From: Okamejei kenojei
Taxonomy: Eukaryota
Direction: 5' to 3'
Assembly: GCA_035221665.1 (NCBI GenBank)
Contig: CM069132.1
Coordinates: forward strand, 7,998,001-8,062,000
DNA: 64,000 nucleotides
Program-made: the position numbers and the translations under genes
Shown: positions 12,857 through 23,839 of the stretch, piece by piece
Layout of the letters: every line of letters starts with the position of its first letter
Position numbering within the stretch: position 1 is the stretch's first letter
The notes under the pieces: generated by a model
The model's database searches: none
What the model saw: the letters and a program-made list of their open reading frames with translations, nothing else
What the model was told of the DNA's origin: nothing

Positions 12857-12967
12857 CTGGCAGACAGAGTGCTTATGAAACTATTGGCATTTGCCTCTAT
12901 TCTGAGGTAAGTAACTAGAGTCAGCAATAATTCATGGGTTGCTATTTTACCTTCTCCTGAGGTTATA
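12857..12967 (-). CDS. Candidate exon: 111 nt ITSGEGKIATHELLLTLVTYLRIEANANSFISTLSA(R), or a 45-nt version 12857-12901
   Basis: CAG|gtatga donor; acceptors gttgttgcag or ttacctcag; phase-2 end is compatible with the 2557 exon. A plus-strand alternative overlaps (see findings). Confidence 0.35.
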
Positions 12968-13423
12968 CTGCAACAACATCTCAAACAACTGCCTCTGTAT
13001 TAAATCCATTAAAAGGCATGAAGGTCATTATCCCTTGTGAACCAATCAACTCAGAATCGCAAGTTAGAGAAAATGTCTCCTTTCTTCTCTAGCGGGAGGG
13101 TGAACCCTCAGACAGCATCTTAACCGGATGGTGCACCTGGTCACGTTCTTAAAACCTGTGCTGACCACCGGGCTAGTGTCTGCGCGGATATCTTCAACAT
13201 CCCGTAACTGTGGTCTTCCCACCTGCTTTCAAAGGGCATCGATAATGCCCAAGAAGAGCAAGGTAGAAACATAGAAACGTAGAAAATAGGTGCAGGAGGA
13301 GGCCATTCCACCCTTCGAGCCAGCACCGCCATTCATTGCGATCATGGCTGATCATCCCCAATCAATAGCCCGTACCTGCCTTCTCCCCATATCCCTTGAT
13401 TCCACTAACCCCTAGAGCTCTAT

Positions 13424-14267
13424 CAGGCACGTGCCGTGAGTAATCAGCCAGGGTAGGCAGTGGCTTTTAAAAATCTTGAAAACCGCGCATGCGCAGATTA
13501 TTCTCTCCCCGGTGAGCTGTCAGTCGGCTTTTTTAAAATCTTGAAACTGCGCATGCGCACATTGTTCCCTCCCCGGTAAACTGCCGGTCGGCATTTTTTT
13601 AATCTTGAAAACCGCGCATGCGCACACTGTTCCCTCACCGGGGAACTGTCATTCGGCTATTTTTAAATCGTGGAAACCGCGCATGCGCAGATTGTTCTCT
13701 CGACTTTTATCATGTAATTTGTTTTCAATAGGTCCTATCACTTAATAAAGTATTTAAAAACATATAGCTCAAAAAAAAATGTACGTACTATATTATTTGT
13801 GCACAAAATCCATTCTGCAGCAAAAATATCCATAAGGTTGCTTCGTGAAACGCTTCAGGTAATCACTATCCACCCTTGAAAATCCCGCTAAGAAACTTGC
13901 GCATGCGCAGTAGGCTGGTGCGCAACGCAGCACATGCACACAGTCCGCGGTGTAAAGGCAGAGTTTCAGCTGCCTTTACGGACCGTTCCCACTGATGGCT
14001 TGAAGCAGCGTCGACGGCACATGAGTACCTCATACTTCCGCGTTTAAAACGTACTGCTGATGAAAGGCACGGGAGAATTATGCCTCCCTAAGAGATTGAT
14101 CTCTTAGGGAGGCATAATTCTCCCGAGCCTTTACTATTTATGACCATTTTATATATGTTTTATATATATTTTTTATATATTATATTTATATATAAAATAA
14201 TTACTATTTTATAATTTTAGTCAGGGTAGGCACTGCCTACCTTGCCTACCCTGTTGGCACGTGCCTG
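13424..14267. mobile_element. Non-autonomous hAT transposon (844 bp)
   Basis: Perfect 12-bp TIR caggcacgtgcc/ggcacgtgcctg; perfect 8-bp TSD agctctat (13416-13423, 14268-14275). Confidence 0.9.
13465..13700. repeat. About 4 tandem ~61-bp units inside the hAT element, each with gcgcatgcgca
   Basis: Repeats of aaatcttgaaaaccgcgcatgcgcaSattgttc.ctc.ccgg...ctgtc.gtcggc.tttt. Confidence 0.85.
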
Positions 14268-15360
14268 AGCTCTATCTCTCTCTTAAATCCGTCCAGTGAT
14301 TTGGCCTCCACTGACCTCTGTGGCAGGGAATTCCACAAACTCACTGGGTGAAAACATTTTTTCTCACCTCAGTCTTAAATGGCCTCCCCTTTATTCTAAG
14401 AAGGTGACATGCCTCAATGACTAACATGGTGGCACTAACGTTCAAGGTGATGAAATACTTTGAGAGGTTGGATATCTACGGCACATATCACCTCCTAGCT
14501 CAACAGGAGGTGATATGTTACAGTTTGCCTACCACCACAACAGGTCAACGGAGGATGGCATCTCACTGCCTCTCCACTCTGCACAGGTCAACTAGGCCAA
14601 TAAAAGCACATACATCAAGCTATTGTTTATAGATTACAACTTGGCATTTCAACACCATCATCCCCTCCAAACTGGATACCAAGCTCACGGAACTCGGTCT
14701 CTTCTCTGCAAATCTCTCTGCATCTAGATCCTCCACTTCCTCATCAACAGAATACAATACGTACGAATTGGCAACAACACCCTCCTCGATAACCATCAGC
14801 ACAGGAGCACCTCAAGGCTGTGTGCTCAGCCCACTGCTCTATACTCATGATGGTGTAGCAAAAACAGTTCCAACTGCATGTTTAAATTCACCACTGGACA
14901 TTGTTACAGATGGAAACGAGTCAGAATACAGGAGGGAGATCAATCGACTGACTAAACGGTGCCAGAACAACAACCTTGCTCTCAACGTCAAGAGAGCCAA
15001 GGAACTGAATTGTTGACTTTGAAAGAGGAAAGCTGAGGATCTACAAACCCGTCTTTATTGACGGGACGATGGCGGAGGGAGTCAAAAACGTAATTCTCGG
15101 TTGGGTGCATATCTTTGAACGGAGACGTTGAAAGCCCATCATTTGGTGAGAAGTGTGAGGAGATTTAGTATGTCGACGAATACTCCCTTGAACTTCTACA
15201 GATACACAGTCGAGAGCAAATTGGCTGGTTACATCAGGGCCTGGTTCAGCATTTAAATGCCGAGGAACAAAGAAGATTGCAAAGAGTGATGTACGCCGCG
15301 CAGTCCATCATGGGAACTGACTTCCCCACCATCGAAGGGATCTACAGGAGTCGCTGCCTC

Positions 15361-16208
15361 TAAACCTGGACAAGTTTGGTTCTGGTGGTGCTACGAGTCA
15401 GCTGCCTCGCCTGCAGCGGATTCGTTGTTTCGACGTTTTTTATTTTTTTAGTATGTCTAAAAGTATGTTTTAGTGTTTCTCTGTATGTCTTGTGAGGGGG
15501 ATGGTGGGGGGGGGGGGGGGAATAGGGGGAAACCGTTTCCAGGCACCTACCTCGACGGAGAGGCAATTTTCTTCCTTGTCGTTTCTTCGCCCCCCTCCTC
15601 GCGGCCTTGCAGCTGGTTTAGTGCGGCCTTTCCCGGAGTCAGGCCCAGAGCTTCAGCGGCGGCGCAGCAGTGGCTTTAGCATCGCGGGCTCCCTTGCCGG
15701 GGATCGCCGGAGAAGCACTCCGACCGCTGGCCTGCGGCCTACAACATCCTGGAGCCTCGGTCTGTGGAACTTCTGGCGGCAGGCGTGGAGCGGACCTTCC
15801 ATCGTGGAGCGGGCGATCCCTCACCAGGGGTCGCTGGAGAAGAGCTCCTACCGCCGGCCTGCGACCTACAACATCTGAAAGCCGCGGTCTCCGATAAGGA
15901 GGTGGCCGATTTGGAGTTCCGGGCCATGGGGTGTGCTCGACCTGTCCTGACGTCGGCGTTCCGACCATCCCGACCAGAGGGCTTGAACATCAGGCCGTCC
16001 ATAGCGGCGACTACGGAGGGTCAGTGCCCCGACCATGGGTGAACAAGGGAGGAGGAGGAGGAGGAGGAGGAGGAGGAGGAGGAGGAGGAGGAGGAGGAGG
16101 AGGAGGAGGAGGAGGAGGAGGAGGAGGACTGTCTGAACTGTATGGTAAATTCATTTCACTGCACCTCATGGTGCATGTGACAAATACATTTGAACTTGAC
16201 TTGAACTT
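15361..16208 (+). mobile_element. GC-rich non-autonomous retroelement with (gaactt)n tail inserted in Rex1
   Basis: Interrupts Rex1 gtcgctgcctc|aaaagacagccagcatcatc; 3' end tttcactgcacc..ggtgcatgtgacaaata matches 61525-61572. Confidence 0.55.
16048..16127. repeat. (GGA)n microsatellite, about 27 units
   Basis: Pure gga run. Confidence 0.95.
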
Positions 16209-16562
16209 AAAAGACAGCCAGCATCATCAGAGACAATAAAACACTCTTGACTCCACCAACCAAACCCCTCGCCTATATCCACCTATCTCTTGCCAAGCTT
16301 TGTCCTGACCCCATCTCTTTTTCTCAGTTTCTTTCCCCTATTACAATCAGTCCGAAGGAGAGTTCCAAATAAACATCGCCTGCCCATTCCCTCCAAGGAT
16401 GGTGCCTGACCCGCTGAGTTACTCAAGTACTTTATGTTAGGACAAATGTATTCCCACATAAGTACTGCTTTTATAGGATGATCTTATATAGTACCAACAT
16501 TTTTGGCAATGAATATATAACCTAAACTGAATGGATCGATATTTCTTCAAAGTGTTTTAATT

Positions 16563-16855
16563 TTGTTTAGAGATACAGCGCGGAAACAGGTCCTTCGGCC
16601 AAACGGGTCCGTGCAGACCAGCGATCCCCGCACACTAACACTATCCTACACACACTAAGGACAATATACAATTATACTGAGCCAATTAGCCTACAAACCT
16701 GTACGTCTTTGGAATGTGGGTGGAAACTGGAGCTCCCGGAGAAAACCCACGCAGGTCATGAAGAGAATGTACAAACTCCGTACAGACAGCACCCATAGCA
16801 GGATCGAAGCCTGTCCCTGATGCTGTGAGGCAGCAACTATACCGCTGTGCCATCG
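16563..16855 (-). mobile_element. HE1/V-type SINE
   Basis: Reverse complement of the SINE consensus, tail to tRNA head. Confidence 0.8.
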
Positions 16856-17357
16856 GTTGAATTTAAAAAAAAATTCAATGCTTCTTTATTTCCCTCTTAA
16901 TTCAATCTTTCTTTCCCAATATTTTGACTATTACACACAATTACACAATGTATTTAGATCCAATTAATTTTGACCATCTCAGAGAGGATTTTGGATCCTG
17001 TCTGCTTTATGAGCCATGAAGTTCCTTCTCTCTTCACAAAGACCACAGATTCCCCACAGAGGGCACTGCACTGAATCTCATGCCCATCGACAGTTAGCAA
17101 GTCTATTAAAAAAAAAATCTCCAGACAACTGTCAGCATAATCGATGTTAAACACTATTCCTGCACTACTGAAATGTATGCTTATTTTAAATCTTTTATCC
17201 CCCTCAGCCATTCCCCCACCTATCACCCAGGTTCCTTCCCATACATTAAATAAACCCCCTTGAAGCATCATCACTAACTGTGAGGAAACTTGAAAACTTG
17301 GAAAGATTTAATTTCAGTCCCATCCCCCTCCACAACCAATGATCTTCCACCCTCTCT

Positions 17358-17655
17358 GATTTAGTATAGAGATACAGAGCAGAAACAGGCCCTTCAGCCC
17401 ATTGAATCCGTGCTGACCAGCAATCCCCATACACTTGTACAATCCTTCACACTTGGGGCAATTTATAATTTTAACGAAGCCAATTAACCTACAAACCTGT
17501 ACGTCTTTGGAGCACGGGAGGAAACCGGAGCACCTGGAGAAAACCCACGTGGTCACAGGGAGAACGTACAAACTCCGTACAGACCGCACCCATCATCCGG
17601 ATCGAACCAGGGGCTCTGGCGCTGTAAGGTAACAACTCTACCGCTGCTCCATCCT
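17358..17655 (-). mobile_element. HE1/V-type SINE
   Basis: Reverse complement of the SINE consensus. Confidence 0.8.
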
Positions 17656-18059
17656 GGCTTGATGCTTTCTGCTGGAGAGAACTGTTGGAATCCATCAAGC
17701 CCACTGGGCTGCAGCAAGTTGAAATCTCCTGCATTCAAGAGGAACAACCTAAGTGCCAAGGTGGGGAGAAATACTTACAAAGTGTCATTGCCATTCCCAT
17801 AGTTAAATATAAGATAAATATTATCAACACAGACTTTGTCATTTTGTTATCACTCCACTACAGGAAAGGGAAAGAAAGATTGAATTAAGAGGGAAATAAA
17901 GAAGCATTGAATTTTTTTTTAATTCAACCGATGGCACTTCAAACATGGCTGGGTACAGGACAGTAATTATTTTGGCATTCAGCCCATCTATATGTCTCTT
18001 TCCCAGAGTAGAAAGGTCGCAAATTGGACAGCACAGATTTAAGATGAGAGGTGATAAAT

Positions 18060-18205
18060 CAAAAGAAAGTTTGTGAAGCAGAGATAGATAGATTCTTGAT
18101 TAGTACAGGTGTCAGGGGTTATGGAGAGAAGGCAGGAAAGACTTGAATGGCGGAGAAGACTTGATGGGCCGAATGGCCTAATTCTGCTCCTATCACTTAT
18201 GAACT
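18060..18205 (+). mobile_element. CR1 3' end fragment
   Basis: ggggttatggagagaaggcagg...gatgggccgaatggcctaattctgctccta. Confidence 0.65.
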
Positions 18206-18794
18206 TGTTTTCAAACACAGAAGGTGGTACCTGTCAGTAAAGATGCTGCCAGTAAGAGCAAATGTGATAGCGATGTTCATGAGGCATTTAGACAGACTAT
18301 GTGAACAGGTAGGAAGTAGAAGGATACGGATCATGTGCAGGCAGAGGGTGAGATTGCCATTAGGTGCAGACAAGGTGGGCCAAAGGGTCAGTTCCTGTGC
18401 TGTGCTGTAGAGAGGCCAATTCCCTGTTAAGGTCTAGATCATTCAAGAAGGATTCTACACTGTGCAAGGTGGCCAGGTATGATCTCCACAAAGCTATCTG
18501 GGATGCCACAAAATACTCCGTTCATCAGCTGGAGGGTCAATTCATCAATGGTATAAACCGCCATCAGTGAGGATAGGTGGCTAAACATCCTCCACGATAA
18601 TTCACAACACCAGTGCCCTTCCAGGATGCGTTCTCAGACCCTTATTTTATACTCCCTGTACACACTCAATTATGAGGCCAAATTCTGCTATAACTCCACT
18701 TACAAGTTTGTAGATGACATCTCTGTAGTGGGCTTGATCTAAAAAATTTACCAAATGGAGCAGAGAGTTTAGAAGCTTTGAGTCAAGACATCAC

Positions 18795-19016
18795 AAGTTG
18801 CTGCCTTACAATGCCAGAGATCCGGGTTCGATCCCAACTACGGGTGCTTGTCTGCATGGAGTTTGTACATTCTCCCCGTGACCTGCGTGGGTTTTCTCAG
18901 AGATCTTCGGTTTCCTCCCACACTCCAAATACGTACAGGTTTGTACGCTAATTGTCTTGGTACACGTGTAAAATTGTTCCTCGTGCGTGTAGGGTAGTGT
19001 TAATGTGCGGGGATCG
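18795..19016 (+). mobile_element. HE1/V-type SINE (partial)
   Basis: B-box and V core present. Confidence 0.75.
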
Positions 19017-19067
19017 GGCTAAGAAAGTTCCAATGGCTACTCTATCCAATGTACAGAAGATGCATGA

Positions 19068-19273
19068 AAATAGACACAAAAAGCTGGAGTAACTCAGCGA
19101 GTCACATAGCATCTCTGGGGAAAAGGAACAGGTGATGTTTCAGGTCGAGACCCTTCTTCTCAAGAAAGATCCTTCTTCTTTTCAAGAAGGGTCTCGACCC
19201 AAAATGTCACCTATTTCTTTTCTCCAGAGATGCCATCTGACTCGCTTAGTTAGTTCAGCTTTTTGTGTCTATT
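19068..19273. mobile_element. Head-to-head inverted pair of Penelope pLTR tails
   Basis: aaaatagacacaaaaagctg... / ...cagctttttgtgtctatttt arms of about 90 bp with degenerate hammerhead cores at the centre. Confidence 0.7.
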
Positions 19274-19324
19274 TTCGTGCATCTGTACAAGTTAGAACTT
19301 ATTTAACCGGATCCCCGCTTATTT

Positions 19325-20880
19325 ATTTATTTATTTATATATTTTTTTGATTAATATTTTTTATTATAGAAACATATGTATGAAAATTGCAATATTTTAC
19401 ATAAACGAAAATACATCATTAAATACTTTCATAATATTAATATTATTACTAATATTGAGATTTAGGACTATATGCTTCTATACGCTTTTTTAATTATTTT
19501 TTATAAAGTAAGAAAAGATAGAGATAAATAATGAAAAAAATATGAAAACGAATGGAGTATTAATCGTTATTCCGTCATTGGAGATATAGGCATGATTTAT
19601 TATATTTCTTTCTTCATCCATTCTAATATTCAGGCCTCAGTCAAGCCCTCGTACCGATCCATTATGACTCTGTAAATATTCAATATATGGAGACCATATC
19701 CCTCTGAAGAGATCTAACCTGTCCATTAAGACAAGCCTCAATCTCTCCAGATGAAGAGTCTCCGACATTTCTGTATTCCACATTTTGATTGTAGGGGATG
19801 TAGGGCCTTTCCAAAATTTTAATATTAATTTTTTCCCAATTATTAACCCATAATCAATAAAAATTCTCTGGTTTGTTGTTACCATTTGTTCTGTTTCCAA
19901 TATTCCTAGTATTATTAGCTTTGAATCGGGTGTCAAAGATATATTAACAACATTCGAAATTATCCTAAATATTTCAATCCAGAATTTTGTAATTTTTATA
20001 CAATTTGTAAATGAGTGTGCCAGATTGGCTTCTAAATGTTGACATTTATCACATATAGGAGATACTTTTGGGAACATATTATGCAATTTGGTTTTTGAAT
20101 AATATAATCTATGTAATATTTTAAACTGTATAAGAGAGTGTTTAGCATTTAGCGAACAATGATGTATATGTTGTAAACTATCATCCCATATTTCTGGTCT
20201 AATAGTTTGACATAATTCATTTTCCCACGATTGTCTATGTATTTCTGTTGATGGAACATCACCTTCCAATAAGATGTTATATATATATGAAATCATTTTT
20301 TCTGTATTCGGATGTTTATTCAAACATTCATCTAATATTTCTATCTTTCTATTTCTGAGTTCTTGCGTATTTGCTTTAACATAATCTCTAATTTGTAAGT
20401 ATCTAAAGTACTCTTTAGATTGTAGTCCATAAATTTGTTGTATGTCTTGAAATGAAAGGAAGGAGTTTTCCCTATAGAGATCCCCAATCTTAATAATTCC
20501 ATTATTTTTCCATTGTGAAAAAGCTTTATCCATCATTGAAGGTTTAAACGTAACATTATTTACAATGCTAAGAGATAGTGGTATAGATTTTAATTTTAAT
20601 ATTTTCTTTATTTGTTTCCAAATACGTATTCCACTTCCTATTATTGGGTTATCACTATATGTTTTCTTAGCTAAATTAGTATTAGCGAATATTATAGAAC
20701 TAATTTCAAAAGGAGAACAATCTTCTTTTTCCATATTTAACCAAGTTGGTTGATTATCTATTTCTTCTAACCAAAAATTCATATTTTTAATGTTAACTGC
20801 CCAGTAATAAAACATAAAATTTGGTAGAGCTAGACCTCCATTTATTTTTGGTTTACATAAATGTTTTTTATTTATTCTAT
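19325..20880 (-). mobile_element. L1-clade LINE, 5'-truncated, 15-bp TSD
   Basis: TSD gatccccgcttattt (19310-19324, 20881-20895); A-rich tail; AT-rich body; ORF2 C-terminus. Confidence 0.88.
19637..20879 (-). CDS. L1 ORF2p C-terminal fragment (>400 open codons, no native start)
   Basis: GGLALPNFMFYYW motif, QFKILHRLY and the cysteine-rich CDKC..ANLAHSFTNC zinc-binding motif typical of fish L1 ORF2. Confidence 0.85.
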
Positions 20881-21193
20881 GATCCCCGCTTATTTAACCG
20901 GATCCCCGCACACTACCCTACACACGCTAGGAACTACTTTATATGTCTGACCTGGAGTTGCCCCAGCTTTTTGTGTTTATCGGTTTAAACCAGCATCTGC
21001 AGTTCCTTCCTACACTTTATACAGATGCACTGTAGAAAGCATCCTATTAGGCTGCATCACAGCTTGCTATGGCAAAGGCTCTGCCAAGACCGCAAGAAGC
21101 TCCAGAGCGTTGTGAATGTAGCCCAGTTCATCAGCCAAACCAGCCTCTTTTTCCCTTCTTGTTGGGAAAGCAGCCAAGACCAATTTACACCCC

Positions 21194-21383
21194 TGTAGCG
21201 GACGCGGAGTTCTCCGTTAAAGAACGAGGCAGACACGAAGTGTGTCCGAAATTCTCGTTCTTTATTACTACACTAATTGTCCTCACTCACCAACACCACG
21301 CGCGCGCGATTAACCCGTAAATACTCCCCCCCAAGAGCTGAAGGTTATGTACAGTGCGTGGCCCACCATCCAGTGCTGCCACT
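21194..21383 (-). mobile_element. Possible solo LTR (Gypsy-like) inserted in a Rex1 3' fragment
   Basis: Starts tgtagcgg, ends gctgccact (imperfect short IR), aataaa on the minus strand; Rex1 sequence acacccc|cgtcattcc is continuous across it. Confidence 0.4.
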
Positions 21384-22134
21384 CCCGTCATTCCCCACTC
21401 TCACCTCCCCAGTTGTACCTGAAGGTACAAAAGCTTGAATGCACATACTACCAAATTCAGAAACAGCTTCTTCCATATTGTTATCATATTAATGAACAGC
21501 TCTCTCAGTCTCCCAACCTACCGCATTGCTACCAACTGCATGTTTTTATCTGTCATTTCTCTGTAACTATAATTCTGCAACATTACACTCTGCAGTCTGG
21601 CATTCTACTCTATGTACCATCTGGTGTATTTGTGTTTAGCTCGATGATATAAGTGTGATATGACTGGATAACATACAAACAAATTTTGTCACCGTATCTC
21701 CGTATAGGTGACAAATATTAAACCAAACCAAGGCCAATGCCAGGCAACCATGGCAGTGCCCGAATACCATCAAGGACTACAAACCACAGAGCAATCTCTG
21801 GCGACAATGCATCTCTATCACACCAGCATCTCTACTTCCCTAGAAGGCTTAGAAAGTTCGACTTGTCCCCAATAACTCTCAGCAGCTTCTGCAGCAGAGA
21901 TGCCAACCCTAAATTTAGTTCACAGTAACATTCAACCCATTTGTCAGTAACAAATGGGGGTAAATGCATTTCTCTCAGTAACATGTTGCGGCACCAGAAA
22001 TATGTATGGCAACGACCCAAAATCTGCAACGCGCGTTGAATCCAACCTTCCTTTTTTCAACTAGTACTATATACAAACTCATTAAACACACATAAACATC
22101 CTTTAGTATACACATAAACTCAATTGTCTAAATG

Positions 22135-22457
22135 ACAATGCCGATGTTGGGGGAGTTCAGAACCAGGGGCCACAGTCTTAGAATAAGGAGTAAGCCATTT
22201 AGAACGGAGACGAGGAAACACTTTTTCTCACAGAGAGTGGCGAGTCTGTGGAATTCTCTGCTCATAGGGCGGTGGAGGCCGGTTCTCTGGGTGCTTTCAA
22301 CAGAGAACTAGATAGGGCTCTTAAAGATAGCGGAGTCAGGGGATATGGGGAGAAGGCAGGAACGGGGTACTGATTGGGGATGATCAGCCGTGATCACAGT
22401 GAATGGTGGTGCTGGCTCAAAGGGCCGAATGGCCTCCTCCTGCACCTATTGTCTATT
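22135..22457 (+). mobile_element. CR1 3' end (ctattgt-tail subfamily)
   Basis: Homologous to 41257-41650 on the opposite strand. Confidence 0.8.
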
Positions 22458-22583
22458 GAAACATACAACACAGGCAATGGGCCCTTAGCCCCACAATGCT
22501 AATGTTACCTCTGTTCCTTGCACATGAATGTCTTAACAGCCTTTTGACCATCTCTGTCTGTAGCATCATCCTGTACCCACCAT

Positions 22584-22832
22584 CGCTCGTTCCCGTTCCC
22601 GCCCTTCCCGCTGCACGTGTCCAACCGCCGCTCGTTCCCGCTCCCGCTCTTCCCGCTGCACGTGTCCAACCGCCGCTCGTTCCCGCTCCCGCTGCTGCAC
22701 GTGTCCAACCGCCGCTCGTTCCCGCTCCCGCTCTTCCCGCTGCACGTGTCCAACCGCCGCTCGTTCCCGCTCCCGCCTTCCCGCTGCACGTGTCCAACCG
22801 CCGCTCATTCCGCTCCCGCCCCCGCCCTTCCC
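22584..22832. repeat. GC-rich minisatellite, 45-bp unit (one shortened unit), about 5.5 copies
   Basis: Unit cgctcgttcccgctcccgctcttcccgctgcacgtgtccaaccgc; explains the repetitive ORFs at 22453-22899. Confidence 0.9.
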
Positions 22833-22958
22833 GTTTATTGTTTTGATTATTTTTCGTTCCCGCCCTTCTCCGTAACGACATGTTTGCCTGCCGGAACACC
22901 GTATTTAGTTGTTTCGCCGGGACGAAATACGGCGAATCCGGGACAGTTGGTAACCCTG

Positions 22959-23812
22959 CTGCAGATGCGCCGCAGAAAGCATTTTATCGAGACGCATCAC
23001 AGCATGGTTTGGGAACAGCTCCATCCAAGTCCGCAAGAAATTGCAGAATATTGTGGACGCAGCCCAGACCATTACACAAACCAACCTCCCTTCCATGGTG
23101 AAGGACAAGTCGCACCCTGGCCACTCCCTCTTCTCCCCTCTCCCATCGGGCAAAAGATACATCTCCAGTACATCTCCAGGATTAGGGACAGTGTCTTCCC
23201 AGCTGTTATCGGGCAACTGAACCATCCTACCACAATCAGAGAGATGCCCTGAACTATTATCTACCTCATTGGAGACCTTCAGAGTATGTTTGATTGCATA
23301 TTACTGGCTTAATCTTGCACTGAGCATTATTCCCGTTATCATGTATTCGCACACTGTGAATGGCTCGATTTTAATCGTGTATTGTCTTTCCGTTGGCTGG
23401 TTAGCACGCAACAAAGCTGTCAACTGCACCTTAGAAACATAGAAACATAGAAATTAGGTGCAGGAGTAGGCCATTCAGCCCTTCGAGCCTGCACCGCCAT
23501 TCAATATGATCATGGCTGATCATCCAACTCAGTATCCCGTACCTGCCTTCTCTCCATACCCTCTGATCCCCCTTAGCCACAAGGGCCACATCCAACTCAC
23601 TCTTAAATATAGCCAATGAACTGGCCTCAACTACCTCTGTGGCAGAGAGTTCCAGAGACTCACCACTCTCTGTGTGAAGAAAGTCTTTCTCATCTCGGTC
23701 TTAAAGGATTTCCCCTTATCCTTAAGCTGTGACCCCTTGTCCTGGACTTCCCCAACATCGGGAACAATCTTCCTGCATCTACCTTGGTACACGTAACAAT
23801 AAAGTAAACAAA
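22959..23812 (+). mobile_element. Rex1/Babar-type LINE 3' end, split by CR1 at 23432-23781
   Basis: Family consensus continues actgcacct|...|ccttggtacacgtaacaataaa. Confidence 0.7.
23432..23781 (-). mobile_element. CR1 3' end (same subfamily as 3710-6603)
   Basis: agaaacatagaaacatagaaattaggtgcagg tail; short cctt/acctt duplication. Confidence 0.85.
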
Positions 23813-23839
23813 ATTAGATGATCTCGGTACCTTAAACTG

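Larger units (their letters stand above)
13266..14400 (-). mobile_element. CR1 3' fragment inserted in Rex1, AAGGT target duplication, itself interrupted by a hAT element
   Basis: aaggt at 13261-13265 and 14401-14405; CR1 tail agaaacatagaaacgtagaaaataggtgcagg. Confidence 0.8.
13130..15360 (+). mobile_element. Decayed Rex1/Babar LINE RT region hosting nested CR1, hAT and GC-rich insertions; resumes at 16209
   Basis: Frame 14768-15016 TISTGAPQGCVLSPLLY...NESEYRREI..L..CQNNNLALNV is a Rex1/Babar RT signature. Confidence 0.8.
21895..22958. mobile_element. Putative hAT-like DNA element with 6-bp TSD, containing a CR1 fragment and a minisatellite
   Basis: Imperfect 13-bp TIR cagagatgccaac / gttggtaaccctg; ctgcag duplicated at 21889-21894 and 22959-22964; host Rex1 continuous across the insert. 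Confidence 0.6.

Noticed and set aside
15931-16239. Poly-glycine ORF
   Set aside because: Translation of the (GGA)n microsatellite inside a retroelement.
16954-17274. 106-aa minus-strand ORF in unique sequence
   Set aside because: No convincing donor site or recognisable domain; a poly-T run lies inside the frame.
22584-22832. Regular repeats superficially like a CRISPR array
   Set aside because: Head-to-tail units with no unique spacers, eukaryotic context, no cas genes.
22453-23252. Several overlapping 80-211 aa ORFs with repetitive peptides
   Set aside because: Products of a stop-free 45-bp minisatellite and adjacent Rex1 sequence.
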